Below are positions 36,701-50,665 of a DNA stretch of 64,000 nucleotides, in pieces; position 1 is the stretch's first letter; each line of letters starts with the position of its first letter. A program made the translations under genes and the position numbers. Source of the DNA: Perna viridis (lineage: Eukaryota); assembly GCA_037379345.1 (NCBI GenBank), contig CM074518.1, positions 24,242,001 through 24,306,000 of the forward strand, read 5' to 3'. The notes beneath the pieces are model-generated. The model was not told the origin of the DNA. It made no database searches and saw only the letters and a program-made list of their open reading frames with translations.

Positions 36701-39700
36701 GTTTTATCGAATTGTTATGGTAAATAAGGATCACGAATTCAGCATATAATGTTGGTACAAGCTGCTAATCCCTGTTATCCTTCAATACTCTTGAATAAAA
36801 CGTCTTTGGAAAGCTATTGAACCTGTTCAGTTAGTTATTAAATCTGTTTTTACTCATTAGTTGTCGTTGACTGTTTGAGTGGAGTTGGTTTTTATTTGGT
36901 GATGGTTTCAAGTTGTGTTGACTCGAAATCTCTCTAACAGCTCGAGGTAAAGTGACATACTCCGTGATAGTATTCTTATTGCAGCAAGTTATGTTCTTAA
37001 GTTCATTTTGAAATCAATCGAAAAAATTGGATGTAAGTATGTTTTTTGATTCAGCAGCAATGATATTCTTCCGATCTTTTGCCTTCCAGAAAGTGCATGT
37101 TGCTATATCTTCGTTTTCGTACTGTCTTGCCATATAAAACTGTTCATACAGGATAAACAGAACCACAGATACTGTCCGATTTATCAAAATGTCATTTGTT
37201 AGAGCAAGCCGTAGAAAGATTCCGCTGGCATCATTACGAAGTGACCAAAGCATTGCCATTGTTTAGTGCTGTAGGTGTAAACTCCGACCGTCACATATCA
37301 TATGTTGTTACAGTCTTTTGTTCCCCGGAATATGGTGAAATAGTTTGTGAGGGTGTGAGTATTCGTCACCTTGTATTCCTCCATCCATATCGTGAAATCA
37401 TCAGGTATTTGTGTTGTAGGCCTGAGATTCATATCCTTGAAAACCAATACAATGTTGTTGATCTCATTCTGACATGGCTCTGTGTAGTAAATAAAAGAAC
37501 ACAACAGGTTAATTTGATCTACCAGAGGAACCTACGGATATACCAGAAGAACAGAAAACTCTGCTACCTGAAACTAGGACCTGTATAGATCTCTAAAGTT
37601 GGGTAACAGAAGAACTGTTATGCAATATAGTAGAATGCAAGTGGATCTCCAAGAAGGTAGTATGTATGCCTACAGTGAAAAGTATAGAACAATGGTTGGT
37701 TTCTGAAAAATAAAGCAGAGAATATGGTATGGTTATGTACCTACAAGAGAATTTAAAATATATTTAGGGTACAAAATTTTGGTAGTTTTGCCAGAGAAAG
37801 ACTCGTGCATCGACGAAATCTTACCAACCGAAGATGAGTCTAACGATTGGGAGAAAGAACTCATTGCAAGCCACTAACTACAACCAGACACAAATGGAAG
37901 TGACGACCGACGACGACGACAATACCGAACCAAGGACAGCAACACAGGAACAGCTCTCACTAGAAGAAACATTAGCAGCAGTTGAGAAGATTTACCAAAC
38001 TACGACTGTCAACTAAATCCTTCAAAAAAAAAAAACGAACAGTTACTCATACAGAAATTTTATTTTAAAATACATGTATAAAACATATGGTAACATTATG
38101 GTAAATAGTGATACCTAGTCAGTAATTAAAAACAATATAAGTAGTCATTTTGAGAACTCTTTGCTATTTTTCAACAAACCAGCAAACCCTGTAAACCGGC
38201 CATTTCTTCTTATGCCAGTGGTGGCCGGTTTTGAGAAGTTTCACTGTAATATTACATGTGTATGCATCGAGTAATAAAGTACTGATGAACATTTGTAGAC
38301 TAAGCCATTCTACTACTATACTATTAGAACACCACTTAAGTAAGTAATTCAGCAATGCAGCAGTAATAAAACAATACAACCAAGGTATGTCAACAGAACC
38401 TTTAGGATTATGGAAGTTTATGTGCTGATTTTAAGTACAGTCTTAATTACATCATATAAAATTATTCATGTCTATTTACCCGAATAGTTCTGGTATTTAC
38501 CAAATAATAATAACAAATATCAAACACAATTTAATGTATACTACATGGTCATATTATGTACCTGTACTTCGTTAAGTTCATACGACACTGCTAAACAACA
38601 TAGCTGTACACATCAAGTACTCATTAATATATGTGTAACCCGTACCTCACAGAGTACGAACAACTATACTAATGTATATACAATACAATAAATATACAAC
38701 ACTATATATATCAAAGTGTGGGATGCTGGTATACTGCTGTTACTGATATACACTTGTATATATAGAGAAGTATGGTGCAATCTGCTATTCACCGCAAGAG
38801 AGGATCATTTGATTCAATCAGTCAACACTCTTACATCAAAAGCAACATATCTACCTATGCAGTCTAGAATATCAACACCAGTAACTGGAATTTTCAATGA
38901 TCTAGATTCTATACAAACTCAGCTAACACTAAACTTAGTATTTAACTTACTCTTCAGGACATATATTAAACTGTTTATGCTTACCACAAGTTAGATGTAT
39001 GTCAATATCAGTTGATACTCTTCAATGCCTTTACTGTATCAAGAGTTAACTACCTTACCTCTTTCTGTAACATCAGTATGGGCAGGGCAGGGACGGGCAG
39101 TTATGAATCTATTTAATATACACGTACAAATACACAAAATTTTCACAAAGACATAAATCACAATATCCAAATGCATTTCAGTATCAATGCGCAGACAATA
39201 TATATTTATAAGACTATAGTCGTGCCACTTCAATTAACTCCAGAAAATTTAACCAAATAATTAATTGGAGCTAAAAAGATAAATGTGGAAGAAACAACAT
39301 TAACCAATTTAGTGTGGAAACAGCGAAAATAATTTGAAAACAAAAAATTAAAGCCAAATTTCACTGAAAAAAATTATTCAATAACACAAAATGCAAAATC
39401 ACAAATATAAATAAATAACTCAATTAAAAATCATTATCTAACTGTCCAGTTTAAAATACAGGTGTGAGACATACATTCTATGAATAATTATTATCACCAA
39501 ACAGGTGTCCCTTAAAAACCAATGAATAATTAATTAAATTTCAGATAACTACTGTCAATGATTAAGCACTCAACTGTAACATCAAAGTTATTCATCTGAA
39601 TGTGTATTGCTATCGTAAAGTTCATCATCAGAGTCATGTGTATTGGCAATCTCAATCCACCAGTAAAAACACGTTGCATGCCAATGAAACCGACTAGCTC

Positions 39701-40008
39701 ATGGGTAGATTATTAGTGAAAGTTGATACCATTCAGTTTCATACATTTATTCAGGTTCTATAAAAATAAACAGAGATTTACAGAAAAAATCCACTCATCA
39801 GACTATACTAGTATAAAGGTACTCAGATAAAGAAACGGCTTTAGTTCCAAATATGAATTATGCTCCAAAACTTCACTGTGCTAAGTGCTAAGGAACTAAC
39901 AAGTTGTAAGACAAAAATTCTGTTTCGAAATATAATAGTTTTTTTTATAATAGTCTGAATTTTACATATGTCCAAGCTAGTCAACATTGACTCTTTCAAA
40001 TCTTTGCG

Positions 40009-40733
40009 AAAGAGTAATCAACGGAACCAAAGTTATTGCAGTAATCAAAAGAATGTAGCCAAGGGACAAAGATCAGACATGGAAAACAGACACACACAAC
40101 AAAGAACATAAAGTAACTAAAATCATACATACAAAGTAACAAAAGTAAATGAGCAACTCGGACTCCACTAAAAACTGGGAGCATGGACCAGATGCACTGG
40201 TAGGGTAAGCGTCCTCTGTTTTTCTAGATACACCTGCCGAGTTGCTCATAAAAAGTCAAATCCGGGGTAGACAAACGAGGAAAGGAAAACTATGACCCGT
40301 TAAATAAATCAGTTTTCATGGCACAGATGGATACACCATAACGATTCACGAGTTCATGATGACGAGCATAAAACTTCTGTAGTGATGGCTTCAATCTTGT
40401 AGCAACATAACCCTGTTCCATGAGCCTATTTGTTAAGAGTTTTAGCGCGATAAAAAAAAGTCTACGTAGTTTTGGCAAGCTCTGGCATAACGTATGAGTT
40501 GTGATATGAACACTCCATACGCAGGTGCTGAAGGGATGTTGCCACAGGTGAGAGGAAAGTTGACAATTCTAAATGAAAAGTCATCACGTTTGTCGTAAAG
40601 TTTTCTTTTACCATCGATTTCTTTGTTTAGGTCAAGTTATAAGGCTGACCTCACATTGTCTGTAGCATCCTTTATCTCAAGTTCTTTGGGTGTAAATGCG
40701 ATGTATCAAATCCCCGAAATTAGGATTGTTTAA
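40009..40733 (-). mobile_element. Naiad-type Penelope-like element, 3' part
   Basis: Close reverse-complement homologue of 7350-8075 (YARACQNY, QGYVATRLK, HHELV). Confidence 0.85.
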
Positions 40734-41129
40734 AGTATGAACTGGCCAATAAGAAATAATCATAGAAAGTTACCTAGGTGCAACATTTATCTGGACAATC
40801 AAAAAAAAAAAAATACAATCCAGACAAATTAAGCATCGACCGACAAAACCAAATTAACTGAGTACAATGAACAGCTTATGATATAATGAATAATGTGTAC
40901 TATCTTGCAGGTAATACAAATAAAATAGTAAAACATATGAAAAAAAATACAACCTTTCACACTACTGCACGCAGTCTCTCCTCCAGATCGTTGGGTAAAT
41001 ACTGATTACGACACGCGTTGTCTATCTAAGATGTAATTTATAAGTTCCCAGCCTAATTCTAGGAGAACGGACGACGTAGCCGTAATCATTTTAGTTCAAC
41101 AAACGAATCTTTGCCCCTCGGTATTGTAT

Positions 41130-41550
41130 ACCACCTAATTTCAACCTTCGACGACCATAACTTTGGACATGTTCGTATTGAATTTCAAATTTCATTTGCA
41201 AGCGAACTTTGCAAATCAATCGAACAACGTATTAAGATCCTGCTCGGATTCTGCCATCAGCATAATGTCATTAGGCAATAAAAGCGCATGCAATGCGTAT
41301 TTTTGTTTAACAAACAGACCATTTCATTCATTACAAAAGAAAACAAAGCAGGATAAAGACCACAGCCTTATTTGACGCCATATTCCTAATCGAACCATTC
41401 AGTTTCAAATTCTCCAAACAAGACCAAACAAAAAAGATTACGGAACAAACGACAGTAGTTTCCCTGGATATTATTTTGCCGCAGTGTATAAAATAGCCCG
41501 TCCCGCCAAACTCTGTAAAAAGCTTTTGATAAATCTTTGAAGGCAATATT
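41130..41550 (-). mobile_element. Degenerate LINE RT fragment (CR1/L2-like)
   Basis: Minus strand gives AFKDLSKAFYRVWRDGLFY and NDIMLMAESEQDL...NLKFNTNMSKVMV. Confidence 0.65.
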
Positions 41551-41788
41551 TATGAGGAGAATGGAGATGTTGAAAATATCAAAGAGACAACAACCCCACA
41601 GGCATAATAAAATGTCAGCTCAAGGCCACCTCTGGTCCCAATGATCGACGACGAAACCCTCACACCACTGGACAGGCTGCAGCTAGCACCGAAACATTAT
41701 TCACAGGTATAAAGAAATAGTTTCCTCTGTATAATCCAGCAACAAAAAGTAAACTGAAGTAAAAAGATTTCGTCACTTTTGTCACAAT

Positions 41789-41854
41789 GTCAGGATGGCC
41801 GAGTGGTCTAAGGCGCTGTGTTCAGGTCGCAGTCTGATTCACCAGGCGTGGGTT
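41789..41854 (+). pseudogene. trnL-CAG: 5' 66 nt of tRNA-Leu(CAG), broken in the T-loop (GTT|CGA) by Tx1 element A
   Basis: gtcaggatggccgagtggtctaaggcgctgtgttcaggtcgcagtctgattcaccaggcgtgggtt, 3 mismatches to the intact gene at 61461; also shares the 22-bp upstream flank atttcg(t/c)cacttttgtcacaat. Confidence 0.92.
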
Positions 41855-44205
41855 TACATTTTGCCGCTCCGTTTTGGTGAGTTCAGCTATATCTATGTGT
41901 TCAGATACATTTCTGCATGCTTGATATTGTTTCATTGATGCAAAGAGATAGGACACTTGTCAAATTTTGTCGTATATTTCCCCTTTTCCTGTCATTTAGT
42001 GCAGGAAATAGGGGGGAGAAAGGTGCGTTTGATTCGCTTTTACTGATTGAACCTAAAACCAAATTTAAATAATGAGAACAGAGCACAGAGAGCCATTTGT
42101 ATTTGGTTGTAAAGCAGGAGATAGGCCAAGACAGTACACAAATAGAAAGAAGATATATCAGAAGAAATGTGCGGTTAAGATTATGAATCTTCCGAAAGCA
42201 CCTGGAACTCCAGAAAAAATCATTAAGGCTCCTGAGCAGGTTTGTGGTGAAAATACCGTTTTAGCAGTTGTCCGGGATGAAATTGAACATTGGTATTGTG
42301 TTATTATCGACAGTGAAGAAAATGCAGATAAATTAACAAAGGGAGTTAATATTGATAGTTTTCATGAATGTTTATTTGTTTTTCAAAACTCAGTAGTGGT
42401 TTCAGTTACTCACTTGCCTGCTCACGTTAGTTATGAATCAATTCTTAATGTACTGATAGAAAAGAATTGAAAACCATTATCTCAAGTTTCTAGACATGTT
42501 CATCCTGGAACTGAAGTTGCAGATGGGACAAGGGATGTCCGAGTTCAGTTTCCTCATGGGATTACTTCCCTTCCCTGGTCAATGGAATTTGACACAGGAG
42601 TAGGAACATGACCATCACAGGCAGTTATGTAACTATTGTGGATCTCCTGGTCATACGTACAGACAATGTCCACAACTAATATGTTTCAACTGTGATAAGC
42701 ATGGTCATAAAGAGCATGAATGTAAGATATCTACGTGTGATAATTGCAAGAAAAGACTTAGGCATTGTTTTTTGCAAAGAAAAGAAACATGCGTTTGTCC
42801 TTGTTTCACTTGTGACAAGATGGAGGAAGATGTAAGTGCAAAGAATGTAGATTGGTAACTGAGAGGTGTATTGGCAGAAAGGAAGATAGTGATCATATAA
42901 TTAAGGATAAAAAGGGAAACAACACCAAATGAGAATGGAGGTGAGGATGATAAAAAAAAATTACGAAGTTGAAATTGTAGATGTTTCAGATACAGTGGAA
43001 AGCGAGAAACAAAATGAGGATTTTACATACATTGTATCAAGTTACTGAAGAAGAAGACATTGTCGGCGAGAAAAAGTCAGCAAAGGATGTGGAAGTCACT
43101 ATAGAAGTTGAAGATGTAGTCTTCGGGGCCGCGGAAAATAGTGATGATTTGGTCTTCGGGGGCAATAAATATAGTGATAATTCGGTCTTCGGAGCCAATA
43201 AAAGCAAGGATAGTGTGGTCTTCGCGACCACTTTAGACAAAAACGATGTAGTCTTCGGGACTATAGAGGAGAGAAATGAGATGGTCCTTAGGACTATGAC
43301 GGATAGTGAAAAGATCGATCTGATCGTTTGTGATGATAATATGGTCTTCGGGCCAAAGATGATTCCAATGTGGTCTTCGGGACCACATGTGATGATAAGA
43401 CTGACAGACAATGTAGTGAAGGTCTTACTGGAGATGGATCAACTGAAGGAATCGCTCAAGGACAGAAAAGACAAAGAGATGATATTTCAAGAACAGGTGA
43501 CTGATGATGAAACTTTTTGTACATAAGCATGTTGTAAAAGAAAATGTTAAAGAATGTAATATTGTTAGTGATGATATGCACACTGACACCCTCTCTAGTG
43601 GTGATAACACTGAAGTCGATGTCACATTAGAAACAGACCTTGATGTGTCCTGTTCTGGGAGCTCAGATGTAAGTGCTTCTGAATTTTGTACAGTAGAAGG
43701 TGAAAAAAGAAGGAACAAGATGAAATTTTATCCGAATGTAAATAATATTAAGGAAGACAAATCCAGCCAAAAGAATATTAACAATGGAGGTGTTTAATAT
43801 ATGTTTCACTTTTTTTATTTTTGCAATGGTGCTGTTTGTACTGGGTTGAGAGACGTTAATAAATTTAAGAAGTATGTATAAATTATTGATAATAGTAGGA
43901 TTGATTTCTTGTTACTAAAAGAAATCTTCTGGGATGATGATTTTATTTTGAATATTGATAGAATGTACGACGGTCGTGTTTTATATTTTAATAGTAGTAC
44001 TAAAAGACAAGGTGTTGCTATCCTTGTACATAAAAGGTTTAAACATAATATACAATTAATTTCAAAGGATGATGAAGGTAGATTTGTACATGTCCAATTT
44101 GAACATGAAGATTGTATTTATAACATATTGAATATTTATGCATATCATTATTTTTTAATCAATATATTAGCTCCTATGATAATATTTATTTTATCGGGTG
44201 ATTGG

Positions 44206-44411
44206 AAAGAGTAATCAAGGGAACCAAGGTTATAGCGGTAATCAAAAGAATGTAATCCAGGGACAAAGACCAGACATGGAAAACAGACATACACAACAAT
44301 GAACATAAAGTAACTAAAATCATACATACAAAGTAACAAAAGTAAATGAGCAACTGGGACTCCACCAAAAACTGGGAGCATGGACCATGTGCACCGGTAG
44401 GGTAAGCGTCC
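44206..44411 (-). mobile_element. About 205-bp Naiad 3'-terminal fragment inserted in the Tx1-A APE domain
   Basis: Matches 7875-8075 in reverse; splits the GDW|NTT motif. Confidence 0.85.
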
Positions 44412-46225
44412 AAGAATACAACTTAGTCATATCTGGATAGATCTAATAAAACTGTGCACAGAAACGATATGAGTTATAACTTACTTTGTATTTGATGATA
44501 GATAACAATTTATATGATGTGTGGAGAACTAAAAACCCTAGTGTTAGAACTTTTTCATGGAAACGAGTTGGTGATTTTTATTTACAACAATCAAGATTGG
44601 ATTATTTTCTCATTACTAGAAATTTGTCAAATTTTGCACAATATGTAAAGTATAAAGAGACTTCTTTAAGCGATCATTCTTTTGTGGAAATGAGAGTTTT
44701 TGATGAAGTAGAAAGAGGTCCAGGTGTATGGATTTTTAACAATACATTGTTGGATAATGACGATTATGTAACAAAATGTTTAATATTATTGATGACAGTA
44801 AGAAATGTTCTCTTTTTGATGATGATGTATTGATTGGTGGGATAATTTAAAATATAGAGTTGAGAAATTCTCTAAACTTTTTAGTAAGAGAATTGCAAAA
44901 GACAAAAATGCTGAGTATTATTGTATACATAATAAGATGCAAACGTTATGTATGAGAATTGCAGAAGGAGAAAATGTAGATGTAGAAAGATATGACAACG
45001 TACAGTTAGAATTAAGTTTATTAGAATTAGAGAAATGTAAAGGTGCTATCTTGAGATCAAAAGCTTTTTGGGCCACAGAAAAAGATAACTGTATAAAGTC
45101 TTTTTCGAATTTAGAAAAGTACATCCAAGAAAGTAACTGTATTGAAGAAATAATTGATTTTGATGATAAAACTACTGTTTCTGATACTGATGGTTTGTTA
45201 GACATACGGTATAGATTTTATAATAAGTTGTATTCATGTGTGGAAATAGACAAAAAATAAATGGATGTTTTCTTGCAAAATATTGATGTGAAAGTTGATG
45301 ATATTGATCAAGGAGTATGTGATAGTGATATTACTGGAGACGAGATTTTTGTGGCATTACATAAAATGTCTAAAAATAAGAGTTCAGGATCTGATGGGCA
45401 TACAGTGGAGTTTTATTGTAAATATTATCATGTTTTACATGACATTTTACTGAAGGTGTTTAAGGCATTTAAAAAATGTCACACCTTATCAAGGTCTATG
45501 AAAAATGGTGTACTGTCTCTTATTTATAAGAAAAAAGGTGATAAAAGGGATCTAAAGAATTATAGACCTATTTCATTGTTGCAGGTAGGTTACAAGATTT
45601 TAGCACGTGTCATGTCAAATAGATTCCAATCAGTACTTTGCAAGATAATATCAAATAGCCAGTCATATTAGAGATACAATAGCTAGTTACGTGATGTAAT
45701 TAATATGGTAGATGATGATGATGTAGAAGGGTATATTTTAAAATTTGATCAAGAGAAAGCTTTTTACAGAGTGTCTCATGATTATCTCATTAGAGTATTA
45801 GATAGTGTTGGTTTTGGATGTAAATTTATTAATTGGATTAGGATTTTGTATACCGATATTCAAAGTACTGTCAAGTGTAACGGTTTTTTTAACAAAACAT
45901 TTTATGATACGAAATGGTATTAGGCAAGGTTGCCCTATCAGTGCTATATTGTATGTTTTATCAGCAGAACCACTGTTAATGGCAATTAAGAAACATTGTA
46001 ATATTAATGGAATACGTATACCTTACAGTAAGAAAACTGCAGTTTTGTTTCAACATGCAGATGATACTACCTTGTGTTTGAGCAATAAGAATCTGTTGAA
46101 TGTACTTTCGATGTATTTAATTTATATAGTAGAGCATCAGGTTCTAAGATTAATAGAAGTAAGTCTTAAATTTTATCTATCGGAAAAGGAAGTTTGACTG
46201 ATGTTGATTAGACTGTACTTGGATT

Positions 46226-46419
46226 AAGGGTAATCAAGGGAACCAAGGTTATAGTGGTAATCAAAAGAATGTAATCCAGGGACAAAGACCAGACATGGAA
46301 AATAGACACACACAACGAAGAACATAAAGTAACTAAAATCATACATACAAAGTAACAAAAGTAAATGAGCAACTCGGACTCCACTAAAAACTGGGAGCAT
46401 GGACCAGGTGCACCGGTAG
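46226..46419 (-). mobile_element. About 195-bp Naiad 3'-terminal fragment inserted in Tx1-A ORF2
   Basis: Near-identical to 44206-44400; the Tx1 reading (VCEKCIQVLG) resumes after it. Confidence 0.85.
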
Positions 46420-48273
46420 AGTTTGTGAAAAATGTATTCAAGTTCTTGGCGTTTATGTTGGTGTAGACATTGATGTATGTAATGACATGAATTCGAAGGA
46501 TAAGATCAGAAAAATAAGATGTATTGATAATATGTGGAAACAAAGACAATTGATTTTATCTTGTAGAAATATTGTAATTTCTTCTTTATTGGTATCAAGA
46601 ATTTGGTATCTATTAGCTGTTTCGCCAATACCCGAAAATGTACTGACAGATTTAAAGCAAATATATATTGAATTTTTTAGGGATTCTAAGTCTAATTTAA
46701 TACAATATGCAACTATTAATGGTATGAAACAGGATGGTGGCTTGAATTTTCAAGATATTTATTTAAAAATGTTTTCATTTAGATTGAAATTTTAAGGAAG
46801 ATTTTTAAACCCTGGGTGCAATTGTATTTGGAAAAGTACCTTTAGCTATTTTTTGAGCAGAGTACATTGTATGAATCTACTAGGCCTGTTTTATTTTTGC
46901 GTTTAAACAAAAATGATTTATTATGTTTACCGCATGTGTACAGAGAAATGTTGGAAGCATGGCAGTGCATTAGAAAAGATGTACCTTTTAATATAATAAA
47001 CTGTGATGTTTACAATCAACCACTGTTTTATAACAGCTTGATGTTTGTGTCTGGTAAAGAATGGGAATGTTTTATAAAAGCTGGTATTGTACTAGTTAAA
47101 GATATATCATATGAAGCTATACCTGGATTTTTGCCAGTTCAGGCAATTTTTGATATGAAGAGATAAAAAGAAATAGATGTTAATTTTAACATTGTCAGGA
47201 AATTGTATATGTTATTATTGAATCATATTTCTGTTGAGTGGAAAGAAGTCGTTTTGACAAATTGTTATTTGAAAATTGAAGAACTCTCCCAATTTTATGT
47301 TCAATTTGACAGTAAAGTGTGTGATATGACGCTATGTACAACAAAAAGGTTTTATACATTACTATTACAAAAGTGTTTTATTAAACCTAAATGTTATGAA
47401 TTTTGGTATGAACAATGTGGTATTCATGAAAGTGATTTCCGTTTTGTGTGGAAACAAGTACATAATTTTTGGAAACCATCTGAATGTATTGATCTAGACT
47501 TCAAATTGTGTCACAACAGGATTTTTACTAATGTTAAACATTGTAAGATTGGAATAATAGGAAGTAGCACGTGTCAAAATTGTGACTGTGAGGAGGAAAG
47601 GGTCGTTCGAGTTTATGACCCGAATCAGATCTTCAATGTCTTTTGAAGTGTATATATGTTTGACTACACATATTTGATTTTTTCATGATATTTCCGTAAT
47701 GTTTATGCATTGTTTATTATTGTATTTTCGATATTTAGGCATTTTATAGAATATTTGGCAGCAATGAGCCAAGCGATAGAATCACATTTTTTTGCAAAAG
47801 TAAATGATAACATAGATATTTTAAAGGACCTATTAGGCGTTATGCTCAGATTTTTTGTTGTTATAGGACAATCAGGTTTACTTTTAGAAGATATGTAGGC
47901 ACAACATTTTTGAGCATCTACGTAAAATGCACTTTTATGGTGTTCTTGTCATTTAGTTTAGACTTGTCACATTGAATTTTCATTTTGCTCACCAGTCGCA
48001 AAGGCTCCAATTTTTGCTCATTTTTCGAAATTTTTTTTTCAATGAAAACACATACTAGGATTGATTGTTTTGACATATTTAGACGTGACACTGATATTCA
48101 TAGGCCTTTTATGATTATTAACGCTGATTTATGATGTTTTTCTGTACTTATTGGAACATGTGTTTATGATATTTACATTTTGTACTGTAGCTTTTTACCT
48201 TCCTCCGGGGAGGAACAACTCAATTAGGCTTAGGACATAACAGTAAAAAGCCTAGGGACCACGACAGGCAGAC

Positions 48274-50665
48274 ATGGCATCAGGGGGATCAGATGAAGAT
48301 AGAAGAGTCAGAACGATGACAGATAAGGCCAGACCCATATACGAAGAAAGAGTAAACAAACAATTCCGAATACTAGCTCAACTGAAAAGTAACCTTGAAG
48401 CAACAATTGATCTCATTGATAGATACTCAGATGACAATGTCGCATTGCAAGAAATAAGTGACCACCTCCATGATGGAATGACCAAATTTTATGACACGGT
48501 TCAAGAATTCAAACAATATTTAGACTCTCAACACATGGAAGAAATTATACAAGAAACAGTAGTTGAACATCTTTATAGTGAAGTTAACAATATGGTAAAA
48601 GATGGACTTAGAAAAATAAAATCAATCCTGAAACCTAATGAACAACCAATGGAAAGCCAAGTGATACAAGATTCGACTACAAGTTTAACACTAAGATCAG
48701 AAGCAGCAGAATCTAGTGAGACTTAAACAACAGAAAAACAAGTGGAACAAGAAACTAAATCGGAGGCAGAAAACAAACCTGATCATAGTGATAGAGACAG
48801 AAAATCAAGTGGCCGTCACGACAAAGTTCATCACATTCACAATCAAGCAGGATGCTTCTAATAGAAAAGAAATCGAAACTACAGATTGCTAAAACACGAC
48901 TTGCAATGATAGAAAAAGAAGAACAACTCAAGAAACAGCAGAATGAGTTAGAAACAAAAGTGAAAGAAGAAAAAGCATTAGCAGAGGCTAAACTAGAAAA
49001 ACAACGTTTTGGCTTTAAATCCACTCTGAATGTTCTCAAACATCAAAGAGAAATGATGAAGCCTGAGGCGGAATTTTCAGCAATTAACGAGTTATTACAG
49101 GATGGTGAATCTGACATTGAAAGCAAAAAAGCCAACAGTTTAGGCATACAGGAAATATTCTCTACAGAAAAAGTTGCCAAATTTGTGTCTATGCATGATT
49201 ACAACGATGTGAAGGAAACATTTCAGAGTACATATGTGAAAATCGATAAGAAAGACACTGATGATATCATTCAACAGACTATCTACACAGTGAATAAAGT
49301 TGTAAATCCCGAGAAAAATGACTCTGGTCTTCATACACTGAATCCTAATGTTCAGGAATTCATTCCAATGAACAAAGTTGATACAGAAATCAACAACAAT
49401 GTTACACCCGCCAAAGTATACACTCCAGTAGTCTCAAATCAACATCCAAGACAAATCAAGAGTATAGATCAGCAGTCAGTGAACTAACAAAATACATCAT
49501 AAAAAAGACTTGTTGCTCTCTAGATTAACATGATGATAGACCAGAACGATATCTCAGCTGGAGAAGTGGTTTCATGAACATTAGAACGGAGTTAGGAACA
49601 ACTAGTGCAGAGGAACTAGATCTTTTGATCCGATGGTTGGGTCCACAGTCAAAGCGACAGGCCATTAGTCTACGAGTTGCTAATGCTCACAATGAAACAG
49701 AACCTCTGAATAAGATCTGGAGAAGACTCGATGAGAGATACGGGGCGCCTGAGAAAGTTGCAACATCTTTGAAGGATCGACTAGATAAGTTTCCGAGAAT
49801 CTCAAGCAACGAACCAGAAAAACTCTATGAACTATCTGATCTGCTTTCAGAAATACAGTCAGTCAAGGAAAATCCACAGTATAGTTTAGTCTTGAGTTAC
49901 TTCGATTCATCGGTTGGAGTAAACGCAATCGCAACCAAACTTCCACTCTTTGTACAGAACAAATGGATTGAATATGGTAGGAAAAAGAAGACGGCTCCTG
50001 AGTTGATGTATCCACCTTTTTCAGTGTTTGTAGAATTTGTACACGGTATGGCTGTACACTTAAATGATCCAAGTTTTCACATAAGAACAAATGACACTCG
50101 TAACGAATTTCCAAGAAAAGATAGGAAACCAGAAATTAGATTCAACAATCCGCCTAAGACACATGGCACCCGAATTATATCCGCTAAAACCGAGATAGAC
50201 AGGGAAAGCTCAAAGAAAGTGATATGTCCTCTTCATGAAAACGGACAACATACATTAGCGACATGCAAGGTATTCAACGGAATGTCACTTGATGAGAAAA
50301 GACAAATCGTTCAGAAAAATGGACTTTGTTACAAGTATTTGGTTGGAAAACATCTAGCTAAGGATTGTCGAGATAACGTCAAATGTGAGAAATGTAATAG
50401 CAGAAAACATAGTACTCCATTTCACATAGAACAAAAACAACCCGACAACGATCATGGCGGGGAACTAAATAATAAATCAGTAGAGACGAAGTTTACACAA
50501 ATTTGTGGAGATCAAGCCAATGGACTTCAATTTAAAGGCAAGTCATGTGTAAAAACCGTTTTGGTCAAAGTTTATCCAGATGGTAAACCAGAATTAAGTA
50601 TCCAAACTTATGCGACAATTGATGATCAGAACAATAGGTCAATGGCTCGAAGTGAGTTTTTTTAA
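48274..50665 (+). pseudogene. BEL/Pao gag (DUF1759-like, Cys/His knuckles) and protease start, disrupted
   Basis: ELDLLIRWLGPQS, IWRRLDERYG, CPLH...H....C, GLCYK...HLAKDC...CEKC...HSTPFH, and protease-like TYATIDDQNNRS. Confidence 0.8.

Larger units (their letters stand above)
32600..37560 (-). mobile_element. Degenerate Gypsy LTR retrotransposon internal region (protease remnant, integrase; RT/RNase H apparently deleted), interrupted by an RTE LINE
   Basis: Integrase motifs G.DRTTSLV..RFSW, WLDFLKLE, VFVITDHF.R.AQAIPTKDETAKKTAE, ERFNRTL, HAYNSTKH, LMFGR and C-terminal PRRSTR; protease-end VPLLIGTN near 34990-35010. The gag-side boundary is uncertain. Confidence 0.75.
41855..47600 (+). mobile_element. 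Tx1-clade LINE A (degenerate, apparently 5'-complete, 3'-truncated)
   Basis: 5' UTR, ORF1 from 42072 (RRM-like region, CCHC knuckles near 42625-42720, acidic tail), ORF2 from about 43784 with APE (YDVWR, SRLDYF, SDH, ERGPGVWIFNN) and RT (NYRPISLL, DQEKAF, GIRQGCPIS, FQHADDTT). Ends in the C-terminal CQNC knuckle; many stops and frameshifts. Confidence 0.9.

Noticed and set aside
37834-38016. Short acidic ORF (TTDDDDNTEP...LEETLAAVEK)
   Set aside because: It looks protein-like but I can support no family, splice context or element boundary.
41789-41854. tRNA-derived SINE head
   Set aside because: It shares the 22-bp upstream genomic flank with the intact tRNA gene and is followed by a LINE 5' UTR homologous to that of Tx1-C, so it is a disrupted gene copy.
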